DNA of 57,328 nt from Candidatus Parcubacteria bacterium (GCA_003599335.1 QZJN01000010.1:1-57328); one strand, 5' to 3'; positions 18,774 to 29,802 are shown, counted from the first letter of the stretch. Made by a program: numbers and translations. Notes: generated by a model not told the origin, from the letters alone.

Positions 18774-20303
18774 TTAATTTCCTGTTATGTTTCTTATTTG
18801 CCATCTGGAACCGTTATCGCATGATGCGCTTGCCGAACTTCTATTTGCCTGGTCGCACTCATAAGATATGTTAGCTCTCGGATATAAATTGTTGTTTAAG
18901 GTTGAAATCGTACCAAGGGCGGGAGAGGAAACCCTAACATGATACTTGCAATCCGGATTAAAAGCATTATAAACACACGCGTCTTCTCCTGCAAACAAAT
19001 CATATGTATAACTTGTATAACCTGTGCCCCACACAAAAGAACTGTTATTTAATGCCGGGACAACCTGATTTGTATTTGATTGAATAAGACTGACCTGCAT
19101 ATTTTGACCAGCACAATTTGTGTTTCCGACAATCACTAAAAGCACGGGGAATGGTCGTGATTGAGTGAAAAACCCAGAGCCCTGATAGCCTCCGGGAAAC
19201 ATTTCTATGCGGGTCAACTGACAAACCTGAACTTGACTAGTCGGAGCCCCAGAGCCAGTTGGACTACTAAGATGAATATTATCACCGGTTGTTGTGTTAA
19301 ATCTTCTGCTAGGACCGCAATATTGAGTACAAATTGGAGTATTGCACGCCGAATATTCATTAATAATGTCGCTTGAGTTTGGCGGCAGTCCTAATCTGTA
19401 GCCAACCTGTTGCAGGGCCCAACAAACTTTTCCAATATTTTGAGGTGTCGGATTGTTAACCACAATATCAACCGAAGCACCCGTGCAATGCCCAGGATCT
19501 GAATGAGGGACAAATGGAGGGCACCCTTCTGAAAGGCTAAAAGTGGAACCTGTTGCCGAAGCTATCTGATATGCCTGATCAAGCTTGCTTACAACTAATG
19601 GCAAGGCATACGGATTAACCCTACTTGTGTTATATGGCTGGACAGTTCTGAATTGCTGCAACGGGCCATTGCAAACCTGTTGAGCCGTTGTCAGCGACAC
19701 CACTACAGGCCGGACACAAGTTGTATTTGCTCCCGGCGGCAAGGTCGAGGTACTACTTGTGGGGACAGTCAGAACTCCCGGCTGAAGCTGACCTCCTTGT
19801 TGCACCTGACAACTAACTTGATTCCAGGGCCAAGGAAAACCTTGGGGTTGAGCCGTTGCCGTGCTTGAACCAAGCCCAGACATCACATTAATTACTGTAT
19901 TTACTATTAAATAAGAACCGAGTCCGATCAAAAGTCCAATTAAGGCCGCTGATAAAACTTCTTTGGCTTTTCGAACCCTTCCCTCTGAACCTCCTGCAGT
20001 CAAATAAATAAATCCGCCATAAGCAACCATGGCTATAACTATCGCATAAACAATTCCTCCCGGTGGCGGACCAATAAGCAAGTTGATTATGCGTTGAACC
20101 ACAACGAGGGTGTGACAAACAGTACAAGGATCTTTTACAAGATTTCCCGAAGCATCAAAATAATCTCCACAGGGAACTATTCCTGTTTGTTGGGCAAAAA
20201 TAAAGTTCGGCGCAAAGAGAGCGCTTAATAAGACGGTGACAAAAACAATCGCGCCTAATAAAGTAGCTTTAAAAATATTTTTTTTGATTTTTAATAGCTC
20301 CAT
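18774..20303 (-). CDS. Pilin-domain protein with a Cys-rich extracellular extension containing a peptidase M15-like motif
   Basis: GIVPCG...CTVCH and YLTAGGSEGRVRKAK pilin core; HCTGASVD (H-x6-D) and TTGDNIH. Confidence 0.72.
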   Translation of the reverse strand: MELLKIKKNIFKATLLGAIVFVTVLLSALFAPNFIFAQQTGIVPCGDYFDASGNLVKDPCTVCHTLVVVQRIINLLIGPPPGGIVYAIVIAMVAYGGFIYLTAGGSEGRVRKAKEVLSAALIGLLIGLGSYLIVNTVINVMSGLGSSTATAQPQGFPWPWNQVSCQVQQGGQLQPGVLTVPTSSTSTLPPGANTTCVRPVVVSLTTAQQVCNGPLQQFRTVQPYNTSRVNPYALPLVVSKLDQAYQIASATGSTFSLSEGCPPFVPHSDPGHCTGASVDIVVNNPTPQNIGKVCWALQQVGYRLGLPPNSSDIINEYSACNTPICTQYCGPSRRFNTTTGDNIHLSSPTGSGAPTSQVQVCQLTRIEMFPGGYQGSGFFTQSRPFPVLLVIVGNTNCAGQNMQVSLIQSNTNQVVPALNNSSFVWGTGYTSYTYDLFAGEDACVYNAFNPDCKYHVRVSSPALGTISTLNNNLYPRANISYECDQANRSSASASCDNGSRWQIRNITGN

Positions 20304-21584
20304 CTATTGAACAATTCTTGAAACTTGAAACGCGGCTTCTTGCAGAGCGCGTCTTGCATCAAGCCTTCCTTCTAAGAGAGAGTTTACCATGTTGGCAAAG
20401 ATTCGGCTAACAGCTTCTTCGTCCCGCTGAAACCATGATTTTGCTGTTAAATTTTGTTCTGAATAAATGCCAACAATCGGAGCGGCCTGAAATTGAGGAA
20501 TAAAACGACGCTGGGCCGGCGCCATTTCCGAATTTAAAAGATATTCAAACAACACCTCATCGTTTTCTCTCAAAAGATTTAAAAGTTGCCAAGACTGATC
20601 AGCATTTTGAGACTGATTTGAAACAACCCACGTCCAGTAAGAAGCGTGTGTTACATTTGCGGCGGAGCCTTGCTGTTGCGGCGCTTTGGCAACCCCAAAA
20701 TTAAGCTGTGGCGAACGGGCCCTTATAAAATCCAGATCCGAGTTATAACCAAGCACCATGGCGACTTTCCCGGTTGCAAATGCCTCAAGAGAATTTGGCA
20801 TGCTGGCATCCCAACTTTGATTTACATTCCCTTGCTTGGAAAAACTTACATAAAAATCAAGGGCTGAAGGGCCTCCGACCCTATCAAAAGAAACCCGCTT
20901 CGCTTCATCAACCATTTTTTCTCCAGCCTGCATCATCATGAGAGAAATGATGTCCTTAAAATTCGCTACATTGTCTCCCCTGCCAAGAGCAGCACCCGAA
21001 CGCTCTATTGTTCCAAATATTCCAGATTTTTGAGTTAGACGCTGAGAAAGAATGGCAAACTCCTGCCAGGTTTTTGGCGGAGCTGCAACCCCGGCGGCGT
21101 TAAACATATCTTTATTGTAAAAAAGAGCGAGCGTATCAACCGAAACAGGCAAAGAATAAATCCTGTCGCCGATTATAATATCTGAAGAAACAACTTCAAC
21201 ATATTCTTCCTCTAGCTGCCTAAGGTTGAGAAGATTTATCGGTGCCGGCGTTATTTTATCTTGATATCTTGGTATCCAGGTATTTTTTATTGCATAAATA
21301 TCAGGCCCCTTACCGGCGGCAAGCGCCTCAAGAAGCCTACGCTCATAATCAACTTGAGAAAATTGCTGGTATTTAACTTCCGAGCCGAAAGCATTACGAT
21401 AAGCCTCAATAAAAGGACCAAATTCATTCGGTGTATCCACTATGCCCCAAATCGAAAGTTGAACCCTCGTGGGAGTAACGGTCCTATCCCCGCCGACCCC
21501 GGATCCAAAAATAACAACGAAAACAATTATAAAAAATATTAATACGCCGCCGCCTATAAGAAGAGTTCGTTTGTCAAAATTCAT
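20304..21584 (-). CDS. Extracellular solute-binding protein (sugar-binding family 1)
   Basis: GKGPDIY, LPVSVDTLALFYNKDMF, PPKTWQEF, FATGKVAM. Confidence 0.88.
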   Translation of the reverse strand: MNFDKRTLLIGGGVLIFFIIVFVVIFGSGVGGDRTVTPTRVQLSIWGIVDTPNEFGPFIEAYRNAFGSEVKYQQFSQVDYERRLLEALAAGKGPDIYAIKNTWIPRYQDKITPAPINLLNLRQLEEEYVEVVSSDIIIGDRIYSLPVSVDTLALFYNKDMFNAAGVAAPPKTWQEFAILSQRLTQKSGIFGTIERSGAALGRGDNVANFKDIISLMMMQAGEKMVDEAKRVSFDRVGGPSALDFYVSFSKQGNVNQSWDASMPNSLEAFATGKVAMVLGYNSDLDFIRARSPQLNFGVAKAPQQQGSAANVTHASYWTWVVSNQSQNADQSWQLLNLLRENDEVLFEYLLNSEMAPAQRRFIPQFQAAPIVGIYSEQNLTAKSWFQRDEEAVSRIFANMVNSLLEGRLDARRALQEAAFQVSRIVQ

Positions 21585-21586
21585 GT

Positions 21587-22147
21587 TTACTGTTTTTTAA
21601 AAATAAGACCCCAGTGGTACGCTCCTGCATCTATTTTCTTATCAAATTTCATTCCGGCTTTTTCGCAAAACTTCTTTGCGTCTTCTTCGTTAAACGGCCA
21701 ACCGCCATGCGAATATGGAAAGTTTTCTTTATGCCAATCAATAAGAACCAAAAAACCTCCTGTCTTTAACATACGCGACGCCTCTTTTAAAACCTCATCC
21801 TTCTTTTGAGATTGAAACAAAACGTTTGCTATTAAAACCATGTCAATGCTGCCATCTGCAATTCCTGTTGAGCCATAAACCTCCAAATCCGCCCTCTTGG
21901 TTTCGATATTTGCTACTCCTATCATTTTTGCCCTTGAACGCACAGCCTCAAGAGCTTCACTTAAAACATCCACGGCATAAATCTTTCCTTCGGGACCAAC
22001 TCTTTGGGCCATCAAAATCGTGAAATAACCAGAACCCGCCCCAAAATCGGCAACTGAAAAACCATTCTGCAAAGGTAGTTGCGGTAAAACAAGTTCGGGC
22101 CGCAAAAAAGCCCCTGTTGGTTTTACCTCTGACTTGTCTTTATTCAT
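21587..22147 (-). CDS. Class I SAM-dependent methyltransferase
   Basis: VADFGAGSGYF, IYAVDV, LKTGGFLVLIDW. Confidence 0.88.
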   Translation of the reverse strand: MNKDKSEVKPTGAFLRPELVLPQLPLQNGFSVADFGAGSGYFTILMAQRVGPEGKIYAVDVLSEALEAVRSRAKMIGVANIETKRADLEVYGSTGIADGSIDMVLIANVLFQSQKKDEVLKEASRMLKTGGFLVLIDWHKENFPYSHGGWPFNEEDAKKFCEKAGMKFDKKIDAGAYHWGLIFKKQ

Positions 22148-22159
22148 AAATTATTTCTT

Positions 22160-24613
22160 TCAAAGAAGAGTTGCCGAGGCTACTTTATCGTCTGCAGCCA
22201 AGCGCATAACTCTTACACCCTGAGTAGCCCTGCCAAGCTCTGAAATTTCAGATAACTTTACCCTAACAACCTGACCTTTTTGAGATATCGCAACCAAATC
22301 CGTTTCTGTAGCAATAACAAAAGCTATAACCAAAGGCCCTGTTTTATCTGTGATTTTGGCTGTTAAAATCCCTGAACCGCCCCGCTTTTGTATTCTGTAT
22401 TCTTCAAGAGAAGTCCTCTTGCCAAAACCGTTTGCCGTAAGGGTAAGCAAAGCCGTTGGCGGATTCTTAACGACAATCACATCCATCCCAACCACTTCAT
22501 CGTCTTTTTTAAGCCTCATCGCAGTAACACCTCCGGCAGTTCTCCCCATTGGCCGGACATCTTTTTCAGGAAATCTTATTGAAAGACCTTCTTTCGTTGT
22601 CAGTATAACTTCTTCAGAACCACTTGTCGCTTTAACCCAGCGCAGAGAATCTCCTTTGGCAATTTTTATGGCCAAGAGCCCGCTTTTTCTATTTGAACGA
22701 AATTCATCAACCGATGTCTTTTTTATTTTACCATTTTTGGTAACCATCATAAAATAAGTTTTTTTCTCAAGCTTTGGTTCCGGCTTTTCTTTTAGGGTCA
22801 AAATGGCCGAGACCCTCTCTGTCTGGGCAAGATTCAAGAAATTAACAAGGGCTTTGCCGCGGCTAACCCTTGAGCCCTCGGGAATATCAAAGGCTCTGGC
22901 CTGAAAAAGCCTGCCGGTCGTTGTAAAAAACAAAAGGTAATCATGAGTGTTGGCGGTAACAAAATGTTCAACCGGATCAGCCTCTTTTGATTGAGCACCA
23001 AGAACACCTTTACCGCCCCTCTTTTGAACCCTATAAACTTCCGGATCCGTTCTTTTAATAAAACCCCCGAAACTAAGAGTTATAAGAACTTCTTCTTGGG
23101 GCACAAGATCTTCTGTTTTGAGCTCGCTAACCGCTCCTTTTATAACCTGGGTGCGCCGTTTATCGGCGTAGGTATTTTTAACTTCCGTAAGTTCCCCCTT
23201 TATGACTTCTGAAATTTTATGCTCGTCTTTCAATAAAGCCGTCAGTTCTTTAATTAATTTTTGTTTTTCTTTCAGCTCGTCTTCTATTTTTTGCCGTTCA
23301 AGCGCCGCCAATGTAGCCAGTCTCATATCTAAAATCGCCTGGGCCTGAATTTGAGTAAGATCAAATTTCTTTATTAAGTTTAAAGCCGCCTGTTCACGGG
23401 TCGGAGAAGCCTTGATTGTTTTTATAACAGCATCAATATCGGCCAGGGCTTTATGCAAACCCTCAAGTATGTGAACTCTTTCTTTTGCCCTTTCTAAATC
23501 AAATTGGGTTCGCCTGCGAACAACGACATGGCGATGCAATAAAAATTGTTCAAGGGCATTTTTTAAAGACAAAATCTGCGGCTGCAATCCATCAATAAGA
23601 GCCAACATATTTAGATGGAATGTTTTTTGGAGATCGGTGTATTTATAAAGACTGTTTAAAACTTTTTGGGGTATCGCATCTCCCTTCAAATCAATGACAA
23701 TTCTCAAACCGTCTTTATCGGATTCATCGCGGATATCTCTTATACCATCAAGTTTTTTGTCCTTAACCAACTCAGCCATCTTTTCTATAAGAGCCGCTTT
23801 TGAAACCTGGTATGGTATTTCTGTGATAATTATCTGATATTTATCCTTCTTACCTTCAACAACTTCGGCTTTACCTCTAACCACCATTGGCCCCTTGCCG
23901 GTTGAATAAGCCTCAAGAATATCTTTTTGGTTATAAACTATGCCGCCCGTTGGAAAATCTGGCCCCTGAATAAATTGAAGCAAATCTTGGCTGGTTGCGT
24001 CTGGGTTTTCAATCAAATATGTAAGCGCGTCGGCCAACTCACCTAAATTATGAGGCGGTATGTTTGTGGCCATGCCAACAGCTATACCCAAGCTTCCGTT
24101 TAGTAGAAGTTGTGGAATTTTTGAAGGCAAAACCCTTGGTTCTTTCCTTGTGCCATCGTAATTATCAACGAAATCAACTGTATTTTTATCAATATCGGCA
24201 AGCATCTCTGAACTTAAAGCGGTCATTTTTGCTTCTGTATAACGCATGGCTGCTGGCGCATCACCGTCTATAGAACCAAAATTTCCCTGCCCCTTTATCA
24301 ACAAATAACGCATCGAAAAATCCTGAGCCATACGCACAAGCGCGTCATAAACAGGGACATCTCCGTGAGGATGATACCTTCCAAGAACATCTCCGACGAT
24401 ACGGGCCGATTTTACGGTTTTACCATTATATCTGAATCCCGCTTCGTTCATTGAATATAAAATTCTTCTATGAACCGGCTTTAAACCATCCCTGACGTCC
24501 GGTAGGGCGCGGGAAACTATTACGCTCATGGCATAATCAAGATAAGATTCCCGCATTTCTACGGAAATATCTCTTTTTTGTATTTCTCCAAATTCGCTTG
24601 TTTGGTTATTCAT
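22160..24613 (-). CDS. gyrA: DNA gyrase subunit A
   Basis: RALPDVRDGLKPVHRR, YHPHGD, AAMRYTE, GyrA box QKRGGKG. Confidence 0.98.
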   Translation of the reverse strand: MNNQTSEFGEIQKRDISVEMRESYLDYAMSVIVSRALPDVRDGLKPVHRRILYSMNEAGFRYNGKTVKSARIVGDVLGRYHPHGDVPVYDALVRMAQDFSMRYLLIKGQGNFGSIDGDAPAAMRYTEAKMTALSSEMLADIDKNTVDFVDNYDGTRKEPRVLPSKIPQLLLNGSLGIAVGMATNIPPHNLGELADALTYLIENPDATSQDLLQFIQGPDFPTGGIVYNQKDILEAYSTGKGPMVVRGKAEVVEGKKDKYQIIITEIPYQVSKAALIEKMAELVKDKKLDGIRDIRDESDKDGLRIVIDLKGDAIPQKVLNSLYKYTDLQKTFHLNMLALIDGLQPQILSLKNALEQFLLHRHVVVRRRTQFDLERAKERVHILEGLHKALADIDAVIKTIKASPTREQAALNLIKKFDLTQIQAQAILDMRLATLAALERQKIEDELKEKQKLIKELTALLKDEHKISEVIKGELTEVKNTYADKRRTQVIKGAVSELKTEDLVPQEEVLITLSFGGFIKRTDPEVYRVQKRGGKGVLGAQSKEADPVEHFVTANTHDYLLFFTTTGRLFQARAFDIPEGSRVSRGKALVNFLNLAQTERVSAILTLKEKPEPKLEKKTYFMMVTKNGKIKKTSVDEFRSNRKSGLLAIKIAKGDSLRWVKATSGSEEVILTTKEGLSIRFPEKDVRPMGRTAGGVTAMRLKKDDEVVGMDVIVVKNPPTALLTLTANGFGKRTSLEEYRIQKRGGSGILTAKITDKTGPLVIAFVIATETDLVAISQKGQVVRVKLSEISELGRATQGVRVMRLAADDKVASATLL

Positions 24614-24929
24614 CAGCTAAAGAATTAGAAAATTCTCCAAATAAACCCTTGGCCGATTTTTTCAAGTCAGAAAGCCTTGAAACATCTATATCTATGTCTT
24701 CAAAAAATCCGGATAAGGAACCGAAAAAACTCTTTTCGTATTTCTGACTCTCAATTTGTTGTGAGACGTTTGCTTGATTTTTAACTTCAAAGGAACCAGA
24801 GAGTGAATTTCTGAAAGAATTAAACCAGATGTATAAAATTGCGGTCATTATCAAAACGGTCATCGCGACGGCGATAAAAAATCTTGCACGAGGAGATTTA
24901 TTTTGTAGCCCCGAAATAAAGTTGGACAT
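24606..24929 (-). CDS. Hypothetical single-TM protein
   Basis: 107-aa ORF tightly packed between the MBL hydrolase and gyrA. Confidence 0.6.
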   Translation of the reverse strand: MSNFISGLQNKSPRARFFIAVAMTVLIMTAILYIWFNSFRNSLSGSFEVKNQANVSQQIESQKYEKSFFGSLSGFFEDIDIDVSRLSDLKKSAKGLFGEFSNSLADE

Positions 24930-24931
24930 AT

Positions 24932-25603
24932 TTAAGAAGACCCTGCCTTCAGAACAATTACTTTTGTTTCTTCAGGATTTATGTCTTTTTTCTTTATTGT
25001 TAATTTATCAAGTTCTTCTGGTTTACTTGCACCCATTGCTTTCAAAAATTTTTCCGGACCATCCATATCTATAGAAACTCCTTCAAGCTTATAATGTATG
25101 GGTATAACTATTGATGGCTCTATTTGATTGATAACCTTCTGAGCTGTTTGAGCATCCAAAACAGAAAGTTTTTCTTTCCCGAGAGAATAACTTCCGCCGA
25201 TCGGAACGAATAATATATCAACGCCGCCAAGCTCTTCAACCTGTTCATCTGTAAGCGCTTCTTGACCAAGATCAGAAAGATGAGCCAGAGAAATGCCTTC
25301 TGATTCCAAACGATACATTGTAATGGGTTGAGATTTTTTAAAATCATGCCAACCCAAAATCCCCTTTATAAAGACTTCCCTTAATTCATGCTCACCTGGA
25401 CCTTTTATCAAAAAGGCTCCTTCAAAGGAACTTGCATTGTTATGATCCGGATGTTCGTGGGTTGTTAAAACAACATCTGCCTTACCTCTCGGAGGGTTAA
25501 GACCGACAACCGAACGCTCAAAAGGATCAATAATAACAGTTGTTTCTTGAGCCGCCTTGGTTACAATTTTAAGGCAAGATTGACCGTACCAATTTATGAC
25601 CAT
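24932..25603 (-). CDS. MBL-fold metallo-hydrolase (Lactamase_B_3-like)
   Basis: WYGQSC, IDPF, THEHPDH, HLSDLG, IPIHY. Confidence 0.88.
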   Translation of the reverse strand: MVINWYGQSCLKIVTKAAQETTVIIDPFERSVVGLNPPRGKADVVLTTHEHPDHNNASSFEGAFLIKGPGEHELREVFIKGILGWHDFKKSQPITMYRLESEGISLAHLSDLGQEALTDEQVEELGGVDILFVPIGGSYSLGKEKLSVLDAQTAQKVINQIEPSIVIPIHYKLEGVSIDMDGPEKFLKAMGASKPEELDKLTIKKKDINPEETKVIVLKAGSS

Positions 25604-25746
25604 TACTTAAAATAATACCAAAAAATGAGGTTAAATTCAAAGAAAAAACTTCTTATAAAAAAGGAAAACTTATTCCGCCAATGCAAGATTAAGGTGTTCC
25701 TTGAGGGGTTGACCAGATTGGTTTTTTTAACTAAAATAGGCACACT

Positions 25747-26898
25747 GTGTTTGAGCAAAAAGAGCACAAACCCAGCCAAACTTTCCCATATATGGAGACT
25801 TTATTGAAACAACAAGGGCTACAATTGCCTAAAGTTGGCGAAATAATAAAAGGCAACATAATAACCAAAAAGGGCAATACCCTTTATATTGACTTGGGTA
25901 ATTTTCGTACTGGCATTGTCTATGGCCAGGAATTTTATTTGGCTAAAGAATTCATAAAAAGCCTTAAAGAACAAGATCCCGTTTCGATAAAAGTTTTAGA
26001 TCTTGAAAACGAAGATGGCTATGTTGAACTTTCACTGGCCCAAGCTGGCCTTAGCCTCGGATGGCAAAAACTTGCCCAGATCAAAGATGAAAAAACAACC
26101 GTATCGGTAAAAATCGAGGAAGCCAACAGGGGCGGTCTAATAGCCGCCCTCGAAGGACAAAAGGCTTTCTTACCGGTTTCCCAACTTTCGAATGAACATT
26201 ATCCTCGCATTGAAGAAGGGCAAAAAGATAAAATACTTGAAGAATTACAAAAGCTTGTTGGAGTTGATTTAGAAGTAAGAATAATTGACGTTGATCCTTC
26301 AACAAATAAATTAATTATATCCGAAAGGGCTTCCCAAAACGAAGTTATGCAGGAAGTTCTATCACATTATAAAGTCGGGGATGTTGTTGATGGAGAAATT
26401 TCTGGCGTTACTGACTTTGGGGCTTTCATTAAATTCTTTTACCGAGGCTTAAAAACTGGGCAAGAAAACATGCCGCTCGAAGGCCTTGTTCATATTTCAG
26501 AGCTCGACTGGCAGCTAATAGAGGATCCACGAAGCGTTGCTAAAGTTGGCGATCAGGTGCAAGCAAAAATAATAAGCATCGAAGATGGCAGACTTTCATT
26601 ATCAATAAAGGCTCTAAAGAAAAATCCTTGGACCGGAGTTGAAGAAAAATATAAAAAAGGCGATGTCGTTTCCGGAAAACTGATGAAATTCAACCCTTTT
26701 GGAGCTTTTATAAAACTTGATGAAAATATTCACGGACTTGCGCATATTTCTGAATTTGGGTCTGAAAAGAAAATGAAAGAATTAATACAACCAGAAACGT
26801 CTTATGAATTCAAAGTTCTTTCTGTTGAACCTAAAGAACACAGAATGAGCCTTAAATTCTTGGGCGAAAAGGGTAAGGAAGAAAAAACATCTCAATAA
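25747..26898 (+). CDS. rpsA: 30S ribosomal protein S1 (four S1 domains)
   Basis: Repeated S1 motifs AFLPVSQL, FGAF...EGLVHISEL, GLAHISE; start may be the ATG at 25792. Confidence 0.9.
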   Translation: MFEQKEHKPSQTFPYMETLLKQQGLQLPKVGEIIKGNIITKKGNTLYIDLGNFRTGIVYGQEFYLAKEFIKSLKEQDPVSIKVLDLENEDGYVELSLAQAGLSLGWQKLAQIKDEKTTVSVKIEEANRGGLIAALEGQKAFLPVSQLSNEHYPRIEEGQKDKILEELQKLVGVDLEVRIIDVDPSTNKLIISERASQNEVMQEVLSHYKVGDVVDGEISGVTDFGAFIKFFYRGLKTGQENMPLEGLVHISELDWQLIEDPRSVAKVGDQVQAKIISIEDGRLSLSIKALKKNPWTGVEEKYKKGDVVSGKLMKFNPFGAFIKLDENIHGLAHISEFGSEKKMKELIQPETSYEFKVLSVEPKEHRMSLKFLGEKGKEEKTSQ

Positions 26899-26975
26899 CA
26901 CATCGAGTAATGGGCTTGGGAACTTAAGGCTAAAGTTTGTTATAGTATAAAAAGCCAAGCCTTAAAACACATTCA

Positions 26976-28781
26976 ATGAAAAATCTTGCAAAAAATATAC
27001 TTTGGGTTGTAGTAGCGTTTTTTTTAATAACGTCGGTTTTTAGTCTGCTCACCCAATCTTTCAAAAAACCGGAGTCAATTTCCCTCTCCCAACTGGTTGG
27101 TCTTATTAATGACGGCAGCGTTAAGAAAATTTCAGTTTCTCAAAATGATCTTGAAGTTGAACTTGCCTCTGGCGAAGTTCGTCATGCAAAAAAAGAGGCT
27201 GAGGCGTCTTTAACCCAAACTCTTGCCAACTTTAACGTTGATCAGAAAAAATTTGAGACGGTTACTCTTGAAGTTAAAGAACCTTCAGGATTTACTTTTT
27301 GGCTAATAACATTATTGCCCTTCATTTTACCAGTTATCTTAATAGCTTTGTTTTTCTGGCTGATGTTTCGCCAGGTTCAACGCGGCTCCTCCCAGCCTTT
27401 TACATTCGTAAAATCACTTGCCCGCATAGCAACCTTCAAAGAAAAGGTTACATTTAAAGATGTAGCGGGATTGCAGGAAGCTAAAGAAGAGCTTGGCGAA
27501 ATTGTCGAATTCTTGCGCAACCCCAAGAAATTTTTAGACTTGGGAGCAAAAATTCCAAGAGGAGTTTTGCTTGTGGGTTCTCCTGGCACCGGAAAAACCC
27601 TTTTGGCAAGAGCTGTGGCTGGAGAAGCCAACGTTCCGTTTTTCCACATGTCTGGTTCCGAATTTGTCGAAATGTTTGTTGGAGTTGGAGCCTCAAGAGT
27701 AAGAGATCTGTTTACAACCGCCAAAAGACATGCCCCTTCCATAATTTTTATTGACGAAATCGATGCTGTCGGGCGTCACAGAGGAGCCGGCCTTGGAGGA
27801 GGGCACGACGAACGCGAACAAACTTTAAATCAAATATTGGTTGAGCTTGATGGTTTTGACCGAGACACAAATATCATAATTATGGCTGCAACAAACCGCC
27901 CAGATATTTTAGATCCGGCCCTACTAAGACCGGGCAGATTTGACCGAAGGGCCATTCTTGATCTCCCAGATATCAAAGATAGAGAAGCTATTCTCAGGAT
28001 TCATTCTAAAGGCAAGCCGATCGCAAAAGACGTCAATTTCAGAAAAATAGCCGAGAGAACTCCGGGATTTTCTGGAGCCGATTTGGCAAACATAATAAAC
28101 GAAGCTGCAATTTTAGCCGCAAGAGAAGGTAAAAAAGAAGTAAATCAACTGCATCTTATTAATTCAATCGAAAAAGTTTTACTCGGGCCGGAAAGAAAAA
28201 GTCATATTCTTTCAGAACGAGAGAAAAAAATCGCCGCATATCATGAAGCCGGCCATGCTCTTGTCGCCGCTTCATTGCCTCATGCCGATCCTGTTCATAA
28301 AGTTTCTATTGTATCTCGTGGTCGTGCAGCTGGGTACACGCTTAAATTGCCAACCGAGGATAAACATCTTCGTTCATTTTCAGAATTTGTTGCCGACTTA
28401 GCAGTTGCTCTTGGAGGTTATGCAACAGAAAAAATAGTTTTCAACGAACTTACAACCGGAGCCTCAAATGATCTGGAGCAAGCAACCGAGCTTGCCAGAA
28501 GATTAGTTACTCGCTATGGCATGTCTTCAAAACTTGGCCCAAGAACTTATGGAGAATCGCATGAGTTAGTTTTTCTTGGCAAAGAAATCGCCGAACAAAG
28601 AAACTATTCAGAAAACGTTGCCTATCAGATTGATCAAGAAGTAAACAAACTTATAAAGTCTTCTTATAATGTCGCTGTAAACATAATTAAAAAATACAGA
28701 AAGAAACTTGATAAAATTGCTTCTGTGTTAATGAAACAAGAAGTGATAGAACAAGAACAATTCAATCAATTGATGGCTTAG
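26976..28781 (+). CDS. ftsH: ATP-dependent zinc metalloprotease FtsH
   Basis: Two TM helices, [39 protein letters not shown]. Confidence 0.98.
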   Translation: MKNLAKNILWVVVAFFLITSVFSLLTQSFKKPESISLSQLVGLINDGSVKKISVSQNDLEVELASGEVRHAKKEAEASLTQTLANFNVDQKKFETVTLEVKEPSGFTFWLITLLPFILPVILIALFFWLMFRQVQRGSSQPFTFVKSLARIATFKEKVTFKDVAGLQEAKEELGEIVEFLRNPKKFLDLGAKIPRGVLLVGSPGTGKTLLARAVAGEANVPFFHMSGSEFVEMFVGVGASRVRDLFTTAKRHAPSIIFIDEIDAVGRHRGAGLGGGHDEREQTLNQILVELDGFDRDTNIIIMAATNRPDILDPALLRPGRFDRRAILDLPDIKDREAILRIHSKGKPIAKDVNFRKIAERTPGFSGADLANIINEAAILAAREGKKEVNQLHLINSIEKVLLGPERKSHILSEREKKIAAYHEAGHALVAASLPHADPVHKVSIVSRGRAAGYTLKLPTEDKHLRSFSEFVADLAVALGGYATEKIVFNELTTGASNDLEQATELARRLVTRYGMSSKLGPRTYGESHELVFLGKEIAEQRNYSENVAYQIDQEVNKLIKSSYNVAVNIIKKYRKKLDKIASVLMKQEVIEQEQFNQLMA

Positions 28782-28782
28782 A

Positions 28783-28817
28783 ACTTTAAAATCCCGCCCA
28801 AAGCGGGATTTTAAAGT
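28783..28817. terminator. Terminator hairpin after ftsH
   Basis: ACTTTAAAATCCCGC-CCAAA-GCGGGATTTTAAAGT. Confidence 0.7.
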
Positions 28818-28867
28818 GATGTTGAAAGAATCTGAAGATTTGGATAAACTATCTCTACGTCTTTTTT

Positions 28868-28939
28868 GCCGCGGTAGCTCAGTGGTAGAGCGCATGCCTG
28901 AAGAGCATGGCGTCGGGTGTTCGATTCACCCCCGCGGCA
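28868..28939 (+). tRNA. tRNA-Phe (anticodon GAA)
   Basis: GCCGCGG/CCGCGGC acceptor; CATGC-CTGAAGA-GCATG. Confidence 0.95.
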
Positions 28940-28946
28940 CAAAAAT

Positions 28947-29018
28947 CCGCCCGTAGCTCAATGGTAGAGCAGTTGCCTCTTAAGCAAACGGTTGTAGGTT
29001 CGAATCCTACCGGGCGGA
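28947..29018 (+). tRNA. tRNA-Lys (anticodon CTT)
   Basis: CCGCCCG/CGGGCGG acceptor; anticodon loop CTCTTAA. Confidence 0.93.
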
Positions 29019-29038
29019 CCGATTTTTAAGATTTGAAA

Positions 29039-29123
29039 GGGCAGGTGGTGGAATCGGCAGACACGTACGTTTGAGGGGCGTATGCCGCAAGGCGTGGGGG
29101 TTCAAATCCCCCCCTGCCCACCA
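29039..29123 (+). tRNA. tRNA-Leu (anticodon GAG)
   Basis: GGGCAGG/CCTGCCC acceptor; loop TTGAGGG; encoded CCA. Confidence 0.95.
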
Positions 29124-29134
29124 AGGAGAGTCAC

Positions 29135-29211
29135 GGACGGTTAGCTCAGTTGGCTAGAGCGTCTCGTTTACACCGAGAAGGTCGTAGGTTCGAGTCCTAC
29201 ACCGTCCACCA
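29135..29211 (+). tRNA. tRNA-Val (anticodon TAC)
   Basis: GGACGGT/ACCGTCC acceptor; TCTCG-TTTACAC-CGAGA; encoded CCA. Confidence 0.95.
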
Positions 29212-29253
29212 AGATTAAAAAGCGCCGAGTGGCGCTTTTTTGATTTCGTATTT

Positions 29254-29748
29254 TTATGAAACTACCTCTGCTTTTTTCTCTTCCGGTTTTTCTTCAACCA
29301 CGAGAGTTTCAAATTTCTTCTCTTTTATCTTTTTGCGAGCCTTTCTACCCTGCATGTTTCTAAGATAATAAAGTTTTGCCCGCCTCACCTTTGCCTGTCT
29401 GACAACTTCTATTTTTTCAATATAAGGAGACAGAAACGGAAAAACTTTTTCAACGCCAACACCAGCGGCAATTTTTCTAACGGTAAATGTGGCGTCAGGC
29501 CCTTGCCCGTTTCTTTTGGCAATAACAACTCCTTCAAAAATCTGAATTCTCTCAATGGCGCCTCCTTTGGCCCCTTCGCCACGAGCCTCAATTGCTTTTT
29601 TGGCCGTTTTTGAAACCTTTTTGGCGGCAGAAACTATTGTTTCTTTTACCTTCTGATAAACCTTAATAGTATCTCCAGCTCTAAAATCGGGCCATTTCTT
29701 TTGGCCGATTTCTTGGGCTTTAAAAACTTCCAATAAATTAGTTCCCAT
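29254..29748 (-). CDS. rplS: 50S ribosomal protein L19 with an internal insertion
   Basis: [11 protein letters not shown]...[39 protein letters not shown]. Confidence 0.95.
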   Translation of the reverse strand: MGTNLLEVFKAQEIGQKKWPDFRAGDTIKVYQKVKETIVSAAKKVSKTAKKAIEARGEGAKGGAIERIQIFEGVVIAKRNGQGPDATFTVRKIAAGVGVEKVFPFLSPYIEKIEVVRQAKVRRAKLYYLRNMQGRKARKKIKEKKFETLVVEEKPEEKKAEVVS

Positions 29749-29802
29749 ATTTTTTATTCGCAGTGGCTATACTACCCCAAAATCAAAGACTAAGCAACCC
29801 CC

